DNA from: Candidatus Sumerlaeaceae bacterium
GTDB lineage: Bacteria; Sumerlaeota; Sumerlaeia; Sumerlaeales; Sumerlaeaceae
Reading direction: 5' to 3'
NCBI GenBank assembly: GCA_049968255.1
Contig: JBMFRB010000001.1
Coordinates: 1 to 64,000 of the forward strand
Length of the DNA: 64,000 nt
Every line of letters starts with the position of its first letter. Position 1 is the stretch's first letter. Below, piece after piece: positions 50,301 through 61,594 of this stretch. The notes below the pieces were generated by a model. That model was not told the origin of the DNA and ran no database searches. It saw only the letters and a list, made by a program, of their open reading frames with translations. The position numbers and the translations under genes were made by a program.

Positions 50301-53300
50301 CGGCCATCTGGAACAGATTTTCTCGTTGCCCATTTGGGCGTGACAACGACAGTTGCTGTGCTTGAGGGCCGCGTGGACATCGAGGGTGACGACGGATTCA
50401 CGACAACTGTCGCGGAGGGGACGCGGTTCAACTTGCAAGATCGCGGGGGTTCCCCACTCACGCCGAGAGAGAAGAACGATGCACTGACGATGGATGGCTT
50501 CCCACCGGGGAACCTTCCCGATACTCCGGCCGATCTGCCATCGATGGATGTCGGCGCTTATGTCGATGGCAGCAAGATTGAGCCAGGCTGGTTCGTACTC
50601 GACAAAGATGCTGACGCCAAGGTGAGTGCTGAGGAAAGTTCGGATACCTTGCGGTTTGTCGTACCTCCGGGCAACGAACTAAACCGCCGCGAAGTTTCGC
50701 TGCCGCTTTTGTTGCATGCAGTGACCGGAGACTTTGATCTGGAAGGTGAAGTCGACGTCAACACGACTGCCACGGATAACGCTATGGCCTTGCTTGTTGC
50801 TTACCAGCCAGGAGCTTATCTCGGCTTCCACACTGAGCAGCGAGACGCGGAGTGGTACGCGGCGCATTTCGTTTCTTTCGGTGGTTTACAACTGGTGGAC
50901 AAGGTGTGGGAACTGACGACTTTTGAAGGAGAGACTCGTCGCCCTAATTTCGAGACATCCCCCAGTGCGGTGCGTCTCAAGCTCACACGCCGCGGTCATT
51001 TGTGGAAATCCTACGCGTCAGTAGATCACGGTATCACTTGGCATCTGACGAGACGGATGATCATCGATGCGCAACCGACGCTCTATGTAGGTTGGGGCTT
51101 CCAGCGCGCGGCCTATGATCTCCTCGCTGAAGTTCCCGCGGAGTTTAAGCTGCGCAGAGTGCGGCTTGTGTCCGGAGATGCGTCTAGTCTTTCGCAGCAG
51201 GAATGGGACACAAACGCCCTAACAGGCGCGGCGAGCGCTAGTGAAGAGGGGCTAATAGCCACAGCGCTTGCTGATCAAAAGGGTGCATCGCGCGTGGAAA
51301 CAGCGTCGCCGCTGCCGGGCGACTTCGACCTCTGCGCAGAGTATGAAATCCTTGCTTGGCGAAATGCTCGCTACGAAACCACAAACTTCTGTTTCTACAT
51401 TGCCGATGTTGCGCATCAGAACTTCGCGTATATCGGGCGAAGAGCACCACCCAATGAACCCGACCGCTTCCACACAGATCTGCGCCAGGACGGTACGTGG
51501 GGCCGAGGCTATCAGTGGCTCGAGAATGCGGAGAAGAAGGGTATGATTCGTATCCGTCGCGTGGGGAAAGAAATTTCGACGTATTTCTGGGACCGAGATC
51601 ACTGGGAGCGACTCGACAAGGGATTTAACGGGGGCTGGGATTCGCCCGTTTTCGCAGGACTTCTTGTGGCCAACGAGGGCGATCAGGGGCTGCCGGGCAA
51701 TGCGACAGTGCGGCTGCACCTAGTCGACGCCAAGCAGGAAGAAAAGGTTGCGGAGGTACCGCCACCTTCGTCGGACGAAGTGACGATCGTGCCAGCTCCG
51801 TCACCCGTGGCGTCGGACGTCCAGGTGCCTGCTGGATGGGACGTTGCCGCCGTCGAACTGCCATTTGAATCCTCAACCATTTTTCCGGCAAAAGAGGGGG
51901 GAATTTACGTCGTCTCGAATGACCGCAGATATGCGCGCTTGGCACACGTAGCGCACAATCTGCAAGTGACGGACGCGCTAACGACGGATCTTTTCGCTGG
52001 CATCAACCGCAAGGCAGGTTTGGAAAGAACGGAGAGGTTCTGGCTGCTTATCGACGGGTGGTGGGAGGGCGGAAACCGCTACAGCGGTTTGTATCAAGTG
52101 GACCGCCGCGGGGCATGGTTCCGACGGATTGAGTCTGTGGAGCTCGGCGACCTCAGCGCGATGATGGGGATTGGTGACAAAGTCCTGTTTCTTGCCGATT
52201 TTGGGAGAGGAGGAATCTACGCCTATTATCCAGCTGAGGACAAAATGACCGCGTTAATCGAGGGATCACCTGAGCTGCGCGGTGTGGTGAGCTTGGCTTA
52301 TGATTCCAAGCGGGACCTCCTGCTCGCTGCGACCGCAAAATCCCACGGGGCAGAGCAATCGGCGCTATGCCGGATGGATCTGCGACAGAAGCCAGTGCAA
52401 CCTCGAAAAGTTTTTCTGGCCGGACGCGAAAGTGAGGATTTCGTGGGCGTGGTCTGGGACAATACGACGCAAGATCGCGATAACGTGTTGGTTGCAGTTA
52501 CTGCCGAAAACTCGATCTGGCGCGTGAGCCTGAGCACGGCAAAAGCTGAGGTGGTGGTGCGGGGAATCCCTACGATCGCAGCGTTGCGATGGTCTGGCAA
52601 TGCGCTGTGGGCTATGTGCACCCCACGAACCCTCATTCGGTTGACTCCCCCGCAGATATCCATTGCGCAGAGTGAGACAGCAGGTGTGCCCCCTCAGGAT
52701 GTCGCAGTGGGAAAGCCCACTTCCCTGCCGACACAACCGGAAGCTCCATCAGGGGGAAGGAGAGACGGAGTCACCCAAGCTTCTCCGACTAGCGAACGTC
52801 CGCGTGAACCAGAGCCTGCAAGAAAGACTCCAGCAGCTCCTCCCCCAAGCGAGCCCAAAGAATTTGTTTTTCATTCGCCCAAAGAGAGCGTGCGTCTGCT
52901 GGATTCTTATCCCACATCTGACTTTATGCTGGGGTTTTCTCTGTCTTGGACGAAGAGCGGAAGTGTCTTCGACACCATCGGCATAGATGCGGCGCCCACG
53001 GGATCCTGGTCTGTAAATGTTGAGCCTACGGGGTACCTAACCTTTGGCGTCTACGCCCCACAGGTGTCGAGTGCAGTCCGCGCGTCCAATGGTTGGCATG
53101 TCCTACGCACCGCGAAAACCTTATCTAGGGAACGGCCTGTCCAGGTGCGAATCATTCATCTCCCTTCCGCAACAACACAGATTTATCTCGAGAACGAGTT
53201 GGTGGCAGAAGAGAGAATTCCTGCGCCCCTTTCGGGCAAACCTGTTTATCTCGGTGATTATGCGCCCGATGCCCATTGGGCTCCCCGATATCCCACAGAG

Positions 53301-53906
53301 CGCGGATTTGTGGGCCGGCTAAAAATCTATTATTTGGGTAAGTCGGTGCGTCAGACGGATGCGCCACCTGTGAGGAAGACGCCATATGTTGAGCCAGTGG
53401 GGAGCTTTGGCGGAAAGGCGCAGCCCCCAGCCAGTGGAATAGATCTGAGAGCTTTTGCGGGACTTTGGCAGATTGTTGCCGAAGGGGAACCTTCCAAGGA
53501 AAAGGAGTTCATCGTGCTTCGCGTGGTGGATGGAAAAGTCATGGGGAAGGGAGGCACTCAAGAGGATCTTCTGGAGTTCGACAAATTCGAACAAAATCAG
53601 CTCAGAGGACGCGTGGTTCCGTCAAAGGGGACTGACGCCTTGCCCGTGACGGCATCTTTGAACAGCGATGGAACCGTGCTCACACTGAAAATAGCTCCTC
53701 CCGCCAGCGAGTTCGTGATCGTGCGAGCCATCAAAGTGCGCGACGCTGCTGAGAAAGCTGAACAGAGAAAAAAGCTTCAGCAGGAACTCAAAGAGGCTCA
53801 GGAGCTTTATCGATTGGCGATCGAAAAGGGAACGGACGAGGAGCTCAAGGAGGCTAAGCGAGCAGTGGACGAGATCGAGCGACAACTCCAACGGTTGAGG
53901 GAATGA
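47316..53906 (+). CDS. Giant (~2196 aa) predicted secreted multidomain protein: NTase-like motif, hydrophobic helical segment, FecR-like domain, tentative ConA-like and beta-propeller domains
   Basis: Uninterrupted ORF; SD GGAGG at 47302-47306; signal peptide ending SSFA-E; VGS...SDKD motif; GDKIRT...GTDFLV...TVAVLEGRV FecR signature. Confidence 0.8.
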   Translation: MKRRSLVLALTSFARHGWATFFLWAAVTTSSFAEAEVEAILTAYKNAATPQAKEAALKQLLNNYDAYKHQVAQKLESGAMTTEFKSLAREVDEKIVEMTQQAWRDVVRGDPDGVTHVIPVGSLGNRLTNPAYIPGKSDKDMIPMGPRATESVEKFRRAFTSRFGLPPEKLDINVLDPTNPSEWPGRVEAVANPEKYNTVGGNNWLQRDTYTRNPTVWKLDPTTGKIQESTFQSLFPKETKPAPLTTRDAAGFFSDNTRFRNELARKYNDPAELILKQSKYDLRNAAAYGLAGGKFTREEQALMEAASLARNGKLDEAVRRYAAAIGADASTEAGKQAAMKAYLEGMNSLTEKIGKTVVATHLDEIAKAGKNSKTLIAELGGVLNNLPPNVRENIVKELSNDVGRANTLRLADQVANTLAKNVFIKKAFDEAAQKLFGKPYEQLTPAEKLLVHNAGEESASSLSKFGKGAGVTLTAAAILISMQQAYASESATRGTAIGVSAGIGRGMLDLIQLGYPPLIAAELAGRAAALGVSFGIDSYKMDVLDKLYEQYKRTGNLDDVLSDAEFQKYFPGGLRVFRNELREAAAREGKTLTEEQLDRAIRDYFFNRAEIDKQQKKIEHDLAWAKAFVTNRRIPLVLGSDSDVDNAQLSEAEMEQALAGLLLRKLQFEQMLRADGVPFTKQDILSLLFITYRGTPDELAAALNQLYRNVGKSYPPGAKRSQKPKGTTQLTDGKTSAPKQLDKNAVKILHARNATVVRGPKSQQGCSPGLLLGGGGSFPEKRVDTPCDPPISLGSTEVSCGGELLVVLDVDKPVNSGWVWNSDTAVRVHYQARISGKLGQDERLGVASGSPPDGDCSITLTLPGPGKLSAYAEPPRGAGPLTTQCLGQGFNARIEMVKPFNELPALQENQLLPGDKIRTDAHPWSQAVLTTQQGERVIVSGGGNQVRLAETGRQSQQLVVESGYYGSTIRYARPKSAASKRVAEPLTIREGAHSLRPSGTDFLVAHLGVTTTVAVLEGRVDIEGDDGFTTTVAEGTRFNLQDRGGSPLTPREKNDALTMDGFPPGNLPDTPADLPSMDVGAYVDGSKIEPGWFVLDKDADAKVSAEESSDTLRFVVPPGNELNRREVSLPLLLHAVTGDFDLEGEVDVNTTATDNAMALLVAYQPGAYLGFHTEQRDAEWYAAHFVSFGGLQLVDKVWELTTFEGETRRPNFETSPSAVRLKLTRRGHLWKSYASVDHGITWHLTRRMIIDAQPTLYVGWGFQRAAYDLLAEVPAEFKLRRVRLVSGDASSLSQQEWDTNALTGAASASEEGLIATALADQKGASRVETASPLPGDFDLCAEYEILAWRNARYETTNFCFYIADVAHQNFAYIGRRAPPNEPDRFHTDLRQDGTWGRGYQWLENAEKKGMIRIRRVGKEISTYFWDRDHWERLDKGFNGGWDSPVFAGLLVANEGDQGLPGNATVRLHLVDAKQEEKVAEVPPPSSDEVTIVPAPSPVASDVQVPAGWDVAAVELPFESSTIFPAKEGGIYVVSNDRRYARLAHVAHNLQVTDALTTDLFAGINRKAGLERTERFWLLIDGWWEGGNRYSGLYQVDRRGAWFRRIESVELGDLSAMMGIGDKVLFLADFGRGGIYAYYPAEDKMTALIEGSPELRGVVSLAYDSKRDLLLAATAKSHGAEQSALCRMDLRQKPVQPRKVFLAGRESEDFVGVVWDNTTQDRDNVLVAVTAENSIWRVSLSTAKAEVVVRGIPTIAALRWSGNALWAMCTPRTLIRLTPPQISIAQSETAGVPPQDVAVGKPTSLPTQPEAPSGGRRDGVTQASPTSERPREPEPARKTPAAPPPSEPKEFVFHSPKESVRLLDSYPTSDFMLGFSLSWTKSGSVFDTIGIDAAPTGSWSVNVEPTGYLTFGVYAPQVSSAVRASNGWHVLRTAKTLSRERPVQVRIIHLPSATTQIYLENELVAEERIPAPLSGKPVYLGDYAPDAHWAPRYPTERGFVGRLKIYYLGKSVRQTDAPPVRKTPYVEPVGSFGGKAQPPASGIDLRAFAGLWQIVAEGEPSKEKEFIVLRVVDGKVMGKGGTQEDLLEFDKFEQNQLRGRVVPSKGTDALPVTASLNSDGTVLTLKIAPPASEFVIVRAIKVRDAAEKAEQRKKLQQELKEAQELYRLAIEKGTDEELKEAKRAVDEIERQLQRLRE

Positions 53907-54096
53907 CGGAGTGGTCAGCCACGACTCCCTTCCTGTTCTTCTCAAAAATTGCCACTGCTCCTTCGACTGACAGATAACAAGTTCGTTCTGTATTTAGTGA
54001 GAGCAGCCTTGTTGTGCTCACACGAACAAGCATTCTTTTTGGAAAAAGATTCGGCAATGTCCAAATGAAGTGCCGGAGAAACGTGCAGAACTTATC

Positions 54097-54630
54097 ATGA
54101 GTTTGTGGGTAACCGCGTACTTGGGACTAGGGGCAAATTTGCCTCTCACTCAAAGTCCTGACCGCACGTTGTGTCTTGCGTGTGCGCGATTGCGCTGTAC
54201 CTTTGGGGTACATCTGGCGAAAGTTTCGTCGCTCTACCGAAGCAAACCCTGGGGAGAAACCAATCAGCCCGAATTTTACAACGCGGTGGTCAGGATTGAG
54301 ACGATGCTCTCACCGCGAGAGCTGCTCGGAGCTGTGAAAAACATCGAGCGCGAGCTGGGGAGAACTCCTACATATCGGTGGGGGCCGCGGGTTATTGATA
54401 TCGACATTCTTTTGTATGGCGACAGTGAAATCGATGAGAGTGACCTCATGATTCCGCATCGCCATTTGCTGGAACGCCCCTTTGCTTATGTGCCACTTAT
54501 CGAAATTGCCCCAGAGGCCACATTGCCCGACGGGCTTCCACTCGTCCTTGCTGTAGCCAAAACTCATGCGGACAATGGGGAGCTGGAAAAACTAGGGAGC
54601 TTGGCGCGTGAGGTAGAGAAAATATGTGGG

Positions 54631-54642
<12 letters not shown>
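54097..54642 (+). CDS. folK: 2-amino-4-hydroxy-6-hydroxymethyldihydropteridine diphosphokinase
   Basis: AYLGLGAN, SSLYRSKPWG...QPEFYNAV, IERELGR, WGPRVIDIDIL, IPH...ERPF. Confidence 0.95.
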
Positions 54643-54708
<66 letters not shown>

Positions 54709-54831
54709 ACACGTTGCGTAATCGCATACAGAATTGAGAACACACTATTCGCTAGCCCTAGTGGAGACAAGGGGTGAAGAAAGCTGTAGGAAATGATGAT
54801 GTTTCTGCGGTACTTCGTGTAAGAAGGAAGT

Positions 54832-54942
54832 GTTACGCCGGGGGAGGCCGCAAGGCCTGAGAACGAGCCGGCGCAGAGACATGCCAACGGCTCGAACCCC
54901 TTGAACCTGATACGGGTAATGCCGGCGGAGGGAAGGCGTAAC
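54832..54942 (+). ncRNA. TPP riboswitch
   Basis: P1 GTTACGCC/GGCGTAAC, GGGG...CTGAGA, CCCTTGAACCTGAT.CGGGTAATGCCGGCGGAGGGA core; directly upstream of thiC. Confidence 0.96.
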
Positions 54943-54986
54943 GGAATGTTCCCCCCTGGAAACCGGCCACCCCACACATTGCTTGA

Positions 54987-56906
<1,920 letters not shown>

Positions 56907-56920
56907 TGAAGGGATAAATG

Positions 56921-56958
56921 CAGAGGGCTGTCCTCACTGGACCAAGGACAGCCCTCTG
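56921..56958. terminator. Probable bidirectional terminator between thiC and the gspF/pilC-like gene
   Basis: Perfect 14-bp stem CAGAGGGCTGTCCT/AGGACAGCCCTCTG between convergent genes. Confidence 0.75.
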
Positions 56959-56979
56959 ATGTTTTGCGAGAATGCTCTC

Positions 56980-58176
56980 TTACTCTGGCATGAGCGCCGG
57001 ATTGCGAACAAGGGACACATAAGGTAGGAAAACCGCCACAGCGAGGAATCCAACAGCAAGGCCCAGAAAAATGATGAGAAGAGGCTCAAGAATGGAGCTG
57101 AGCCCTTTGAGCGCCACATCCACTTCGCTATCGTAGGTATCGGCGATTTTCAACAGCATTGTGTCGAGAGCTCCCGCCTCGTCACCGACCATCACCATAT
57201 CAATGACCAGTGCGTCAAAAATTGGCGTGCTGCGCATTGGCTCATCCATTTTGCCGCCTTTTTCCACAGTATCGCGCACTTTGAGAAGCGTGCGGCGAAC
57301 GACTTCGTTGTCCGCTGTGTCTGCGGTGATGGCTAAGGCGTCAATGAGCGGGATCCCTGCAGCCGTGAGATTGCCAAGCGTGCGCGCAAAGCGCTCGACG
57401 TTGATCTTACGAATAAGGGGTCCTACCAGTGGCAGACGCAGCGCGATGGACTGGGTAAATGCGCGGCCTGCCGGTGAACGACGCACAAGCCAGCAAAGGA
57501 TAATGATGCCCACCACAATAAGTAAGACGAGCAGCCAATTCGCTGCAAACCACGAGGCAAACCCCATAAGGGCGCGCGTGATTGCTGGGAGATCCTCCGG
57601 TTTGGGATACGCTGCGACGAGTTTTGGCAGCGCATAGATCATGATGAGCGCGATGATAACGATTTCGAGCATGAGGGCAATGAGCGGATAAATCATCGCC
57701 CCGACGACGCGTCGCCGAATCTCGGCGTTGCGCTCTAACAGGTCGGCCAAGTGGCGCAACGAGATGTCGAGGATTCCGCCTGCTTCGCCCGTCCGGACCA
57801 CACTCACAAAGAGTGGCGAAAACACGCGGGGATGCTGAGCCATCGCCAAGCTCAAGGACTGCCCTTCTTCAAGCCGCCGAGCTAAATCTGCGCTAATGGC
57901 TCGCAGCTTCTTGTGAGCGCTTCGCTCTGCAAGAATTTGTAGCGACTTGACGAGCGGCACGCCGACATCAACGAGGGTAGCTAGCTGACGGCAATAGGCA
58001 GCCATTTGCCTCGCTCCGACCCCGAGAAATCCTCCCCCCGCGCGAGGGGCGCCCTTAGCAGGCGGCGCGGCGGACACAGGGCCTCTCGTCGATTCGCCCT
58101 GCTCTTTGAGCCGCTGTAGTATTTCATCCTTCAGAGATGTACTCGCATTTTTGGCTTCTTGCTTTTTCTCTGCCAT
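56980..58176 (-). CDS. Type II secretion F / type IV pilus PilC platform protein
   Basis: RQLATLVDVGVPL, GEAGGILD, AMIYP, GDEAGALDTML, LEP. Confidence 0.93.
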   Translation of the reverse strand: MAEKKQEAKNASTSLKDEILQRLKEQGESTRGPVSAAPPAKGAPRAGGGFLGVGARQMAAYCRQLATLVDVGVPLVKSLQILAERSAHKKLRAISADLARRLEEGQSLSLAMAQHPRVFSPLFVSVVRTGEAGGILDISLRHLADLLERNAEIRRRVVGAMIYPLIALMLEIVIIALIMIYALPKLVAAYPKPEDLPAITRALMGFASWFAANWLLVLLIVVGIIILCWLVRRSPAGRAFTQSIALRLPLVGPLIRKINVERFARTLGNLTAAGIPLIDALAITADTADNEVVRRTLLKVRDTVEKGGKMDEPMRSTPIFDALVIDMVMVGDEAGALDTMLLKIADTYDSEVDVALKGLSSILEPLLIIFLGLAVGFLAVAVFLPYVSLVRNPALMPE

Positions 58177-58245
58177 TGTTATCCCTCACTGTCTGGTCGG
58201 GTAACGACAAGGTAAGCGACACCTTACCCCGTCCATCTTCCCCGC

Positions 58246-60501
58246 CTAGAATATCGTCACCGCTTTGATCATTTCTGAAGGGGTTGTGATGCCCTTCAAA
58301 ACTTTCTCTAGACCGGCTTCGAAGAGCCGTTTTCCGAACTTGTCGGCTAGTGTGCGCAAGTCGTCTTCGCTCACACCGTCCGCAATTGCGCGCCGAATCT
58401 CCGGGCGCACTTCGATGACTTCGAAAATGCCGGTGCGTCCCTTGAATCCAGTCCGCAAGCACGAGGGGCATCCCTCCCCCCGATAGAAGCGCTTGCGCGA
58501 ATTTTCCGGCAGACCAAGCTCGGCAAGCATCCCCTTGGAGGGCGTGAATGGCTTCTTGCATTGCTCGCAGTTCTTGCGCACGAGACGCTGCGCAATGATG
58601 CCAGAGACAGCCGCAGCGATGAGGTAACGATCGATACCAAGATGCGATAGTGCACTCACCGCCCCGACCGCCGTGTTCGTGTGCAGTGTCGAGAAGACCA
58701 AATGCCCCGTGAGCGCTGCACGAATCGCTGTGGCCGCCGTATCAGAATCGCGTATCTCGCCAACCATGATAATATCTGGGTCCTGCCGCAAAGCGCTGCG
58801 CAGTCCGGCGGCAAAAGTGAGTTCTATGTTCGGATCCACCTGCACCTGTGTGATGCCCGAAAGCTGATACTCGACGGGATCCTCGATCGTTATAATGTTA
58901 ACACCTTCACGATTCACCGTTGAAAGGCAGGCATAAAGAGTTGATGTCTTTCCGCTGCCGGTGGGCCCTGTGACAAGAACAAGCCCATAGGGTCGGGCGA
59001 TGAGTCGTTCGACAGCTTTCAGTTGCTCCTCATCGAGTCCCAACTGATCAAGGCCCGTGAGCACGCGTGTGCTATCGAGCACTCGCATGACAATCGTTTC
59101 GCCATAAATGGAAGGCAAGGTGGAGATGCGAAAATCAAAAGTCCCGTTTTCGGTGTCGAGCGTGAAGTGGCCGTCTTGCGGACGCCGCCGCTCTGTTACG
59201 TTCATCGAGGCTAAAACCTTAATGCGCGATGCAACACTTAGGTGCATTTCCGCAGGAATACGTAGGATGTTATGCAAGACACCATCGATGCGGTAGCGTA
59301 CGCGCACTTCTTCGGCCTGGGGTTCAAGGTGGATATCGGTCGCACCGGCGGCAATGGCGCTTTCCATGATTTGCGTGACGAGCTGAACGGTGGAAAGATT
59401 GTCCACATAGGGCTCGGGCCGGCTGCGCCGTGGCTCCGGCGCGGCAACTGGGGCCCGCTTAGCCTCATAGCCTTCCGCCATCGGGGTTGGGCGAACTTGT
59501 TCGTCTTTCGGCATTGGGCGCACTACTCGTTTGACCGTCGGTGGTGGTAAAGTGGCCAAACGATCGCCACCTTTGGTACCGCCCAGAACTGGCAGCGCCT
59601 CGAACTTTGCCAGAAGATCCTGATGCGGACTGTAAATTGGCGACACGCGCCGATCAGTAAGAAATGCCAGGGTGTCGCAGAGCGACATATTGAAGGGATC
59701 GGCTGTTGCAATTTCGAGGACACGGTCTTGGAATGCTAACGGCAGGAAAAGCTGGCGACGCATGAAGTCCACAGGAAAACGTTCGATAAGTTCGGGCGAA
59801 ATATCGTAAGCCAGAATCTCGATCATGGGCAGCTCAACGCCTTTTTCGAGGGCTTCGAGCAGCTCATCCTGACTCAGCAGGCCAAGTTCTTCGAGTGTGC
59901 GCGACAATGGAGCTTTTGTGATGGCCCGGCTCTCGAGCGCGCGGCTGAAATCTTCTCGCGTAATGAGATTGTTGAAGACGAGAATGTCACCAGCAAGGAG
60001 CATGCGATTGTCCACCGCGAAGTCGGTAGATTTCGCCCTCACCACTTTCTCGAGCGTCTCGGGGGTAACCACTCCTTCTGCCACGAAAACGTCATACACG
60101 TTTAGGGCGTTGCGCTCGGCGCGATCGAGCGCTGCCTCGATCTGCGAGAGTTCCACCAACCCGAGCGAGAGGAGAATCTTTCCGAGCTTGGCAATATCAG
60201 GCTGATTCTGACGAAGGATATGGGCTACTTCGCCCGGATAGATTTTGACAGGTGCGCTGAGTTCCTCCTCAAGTTTGCGCGCGGCTTTGCTTCCCGGCAC
60301 AAGCGCCCGCAAATCCATGTACATGAGATCTTTGAAAGCGGCAAGGGAGACTTCCTGGTTGAGAATCTCCATGACCCCTTTCACCGTACTAAGTCCCGCC
60401 CGTTTGGCGAACCCCTCCCAGTGGGGTTCGTCGAGGACAGTGGCCTCGCGCAGCACCAAGGCGATACGAATGATTTTCTCGTTGGTTCGCAGCTCGCTCA
60501 A
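58246..60501 (-). CDS. GspE/PilB-family assembly ATPase with extended N-terminus
   Basis: ATDIHLEP, RYRIDG, PQDG, Walker A GPTGSGKT, TIEDPVE, LRQDPD, GHLVFSTLHTN, tetracysteine motif; TTG start overlaps the upstream stop. Confidence 0.94.
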   Translation of the reverse strand: MSELRTNEKIIRIALVLREATVLDEPHWEGFAKRAGLSTVKGVMEILNQEVSLAAFKDLMYMDLRALVPGSKAARKLEEELSAPVKIYPGEVAHILRQNQPDIAKLGKILLSLGLVELSQIEAALDRAERNALNVYDVFVAEGVVTPETLEKVVRAKSTDFAVDNRMLLAGDILVFNNLITREDFSRALESRAITKAPLSRTLEELGLLSQDELLEALEKGVELPMIEILAYDISPELIERFPVDFMRRQLFLPLAFQDRVLEIATADPFNMSLCDTLAFLTDRRVSPIYSPHQDLLAKFEALPVLGGTKGGDRLATLPPPTVKRVVRPMPKDEQVRPTPMAEGYEAKRAPVAAPEPRRSRPEPYVDNLSTVQLVTQIMESAIAAGATDIHLEPQAEEVRVRYRIDGVLHNILRIPAEMHLSVASRIKVLASMNVTERRRPQDGHFTLDTENGTFDFRISTLPSIYGETIVMRVLDSTRVLTGLDQLGLDEEQLKAVERLIARPYGLVLVTGPTGSGKTSTLYACLSTVNREGVNIITIEDPVEYQLSGITQVQVDPNIELTFAAGLRSALRQDPDIIMVGEIRDSDTAATAIRAALTGHLVFSTLHTNTAVGAVSALSHLGIDRYLIAAAVSGIIAQRLVRKNCEQCKKPFTPSKGMLAELGLPENSRKRFYRGEGCPSCLRTGFKGRTGIFEVIEVRPEIRRAIADGVSEDDLRTLADKFGKRLFEAGLEKVLKGITTPSEMIKAVTIF

Positions 60502-60956
60502 TGATTGGCCTCCCTTGATGGTTTGGCTGCATCAGCCACGAGTATAGGCGTCGCACCTGGACGGATAGCGTAAAGTGCCACTCGCCCCACGGCCACATTG
60601 CGGCGCTCAGGAACTGCCCGCAGCACCACGAATTGGGCCCCTCGCAGCGACTCATTGTTGGGAACAGCTGATTCGGTACGGGAAGCGACGATCTTCGCGG
60701 CGCCCGCAACCTCACAAATCTCCACCGCGCCCTGCGATTTCGTCACGCGCTCAAACACAGACACATCTTTTGACACCATTTCGGCAGCACTTCGCAAAAG
60801 ATGGGATAGCTCGCGCTGCGCAGCTCGATGCTTAGTGTAACGAAAGGTGAGATCAACGCTCAGCGCTAGGCCGAATACCAGAATTCCCAAGATTGCAAGA
60901 ATGCCTATGGTGGTGAGCAACACGAATGCGCGATTGGACTTTGATTTCATTATCAT
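60498..60956 (-). CDS. GspK/PilX-like minor pilin (short)
   Basis: KSNRA|FVLLTTIGILAIL, a class III-like signal lacking Glu5; ATGA coupling to the upstream pilin. Confidence 0.55.
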   Translation of the reverse strand: MIMKSKSNRAFVLLTTIGILAILGILVFGLALSVDLTFRYTKHRAAQRELSHLLRSAAEMVSKDVSVFERVTKSQGAVEICEVAGAAKIVASRTESAVPNNESLRGAQFVVLRAVPERRNVAVGRVALYAIRPGATPILVADAAKPSREANH

Positions 60957-61594
60957 CGCATTTTCACCCATAACTCGGTCTCAGCGTAACGAGGCGCTCT
61001 TGCTTTCTGCGCCTCTTCGAACGTGGCCATGCCAGGTAGGCGGGGCCACACATGGACAACCACTTTGGCAAGCAGTGGCTCGGTGCTCGTGACATCCCTC
61101 CACTGTGGCGTGAAATCTTTGATCTCTTCGGCGTATGCAAACGACACTTCAGCGCAGAAAGCGTCGCTATTCGTGCCAAGAATCTGCTTCTTGGCGCCTC
61201 TGTCGTCTCCCGCTGTAAGAACAACACGGCGGCGCTCAATATCGTTGGACACATGCACGCTTCGCAGTGCGGCAGGGAGATTCCCTCTTTCTATCGCAGT
61301 GGCTAGTGCAGGCGCTTTTTCTTTTGTCTGAGCTGGCTGAAGGCCAGTGAAGATCACCTCCTCAGCTGCAAATTTTTCGCCTTTTTCCCCTGCCACACGC
61401 GACAGGAAAAGCTTCTCTATCTGCTGGGCGATGGTTTGGGCTTCGCGTGCCGCCACCAGTTGGTCGCTCACTGCATTTGTTGCTCGCACAGTCTCGATGT
61501 AGGCGTCGAGTGCCAGACCTAATATCACGACGGTGAGAGCGACCACTATGAGTGCTTCCACTAACGTGTAGGCTTTGCATTTTTTTTCTCTCAT
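60953..61594 (-). CDS. Prepilin-type protein (GspJ/PilW-like)
   Basis: KCKA|YTLVEALIVVALTVVILG N-methylation-type leader with Glu5. Confidence 0.72.
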   Translation of the reverse strand: MREKKCKAYTLVEALIVVALTVVILGLALDAYIETVRATNAVSDQLVAAREAQTIAQQIEKLFLSRVAGEKGEKFAAEEVIFTGLQPAQTKEKAPALATAIERGNLPAALRSVHVSNDIERRRVVLTAGDDRGAKKQILGTNSDAFCAEVSFAYAEEIKDFTPQWRDVTSTEPLLAKVVVHVWPRLPGMATFEEAQKARAPRYAETELWVKMR

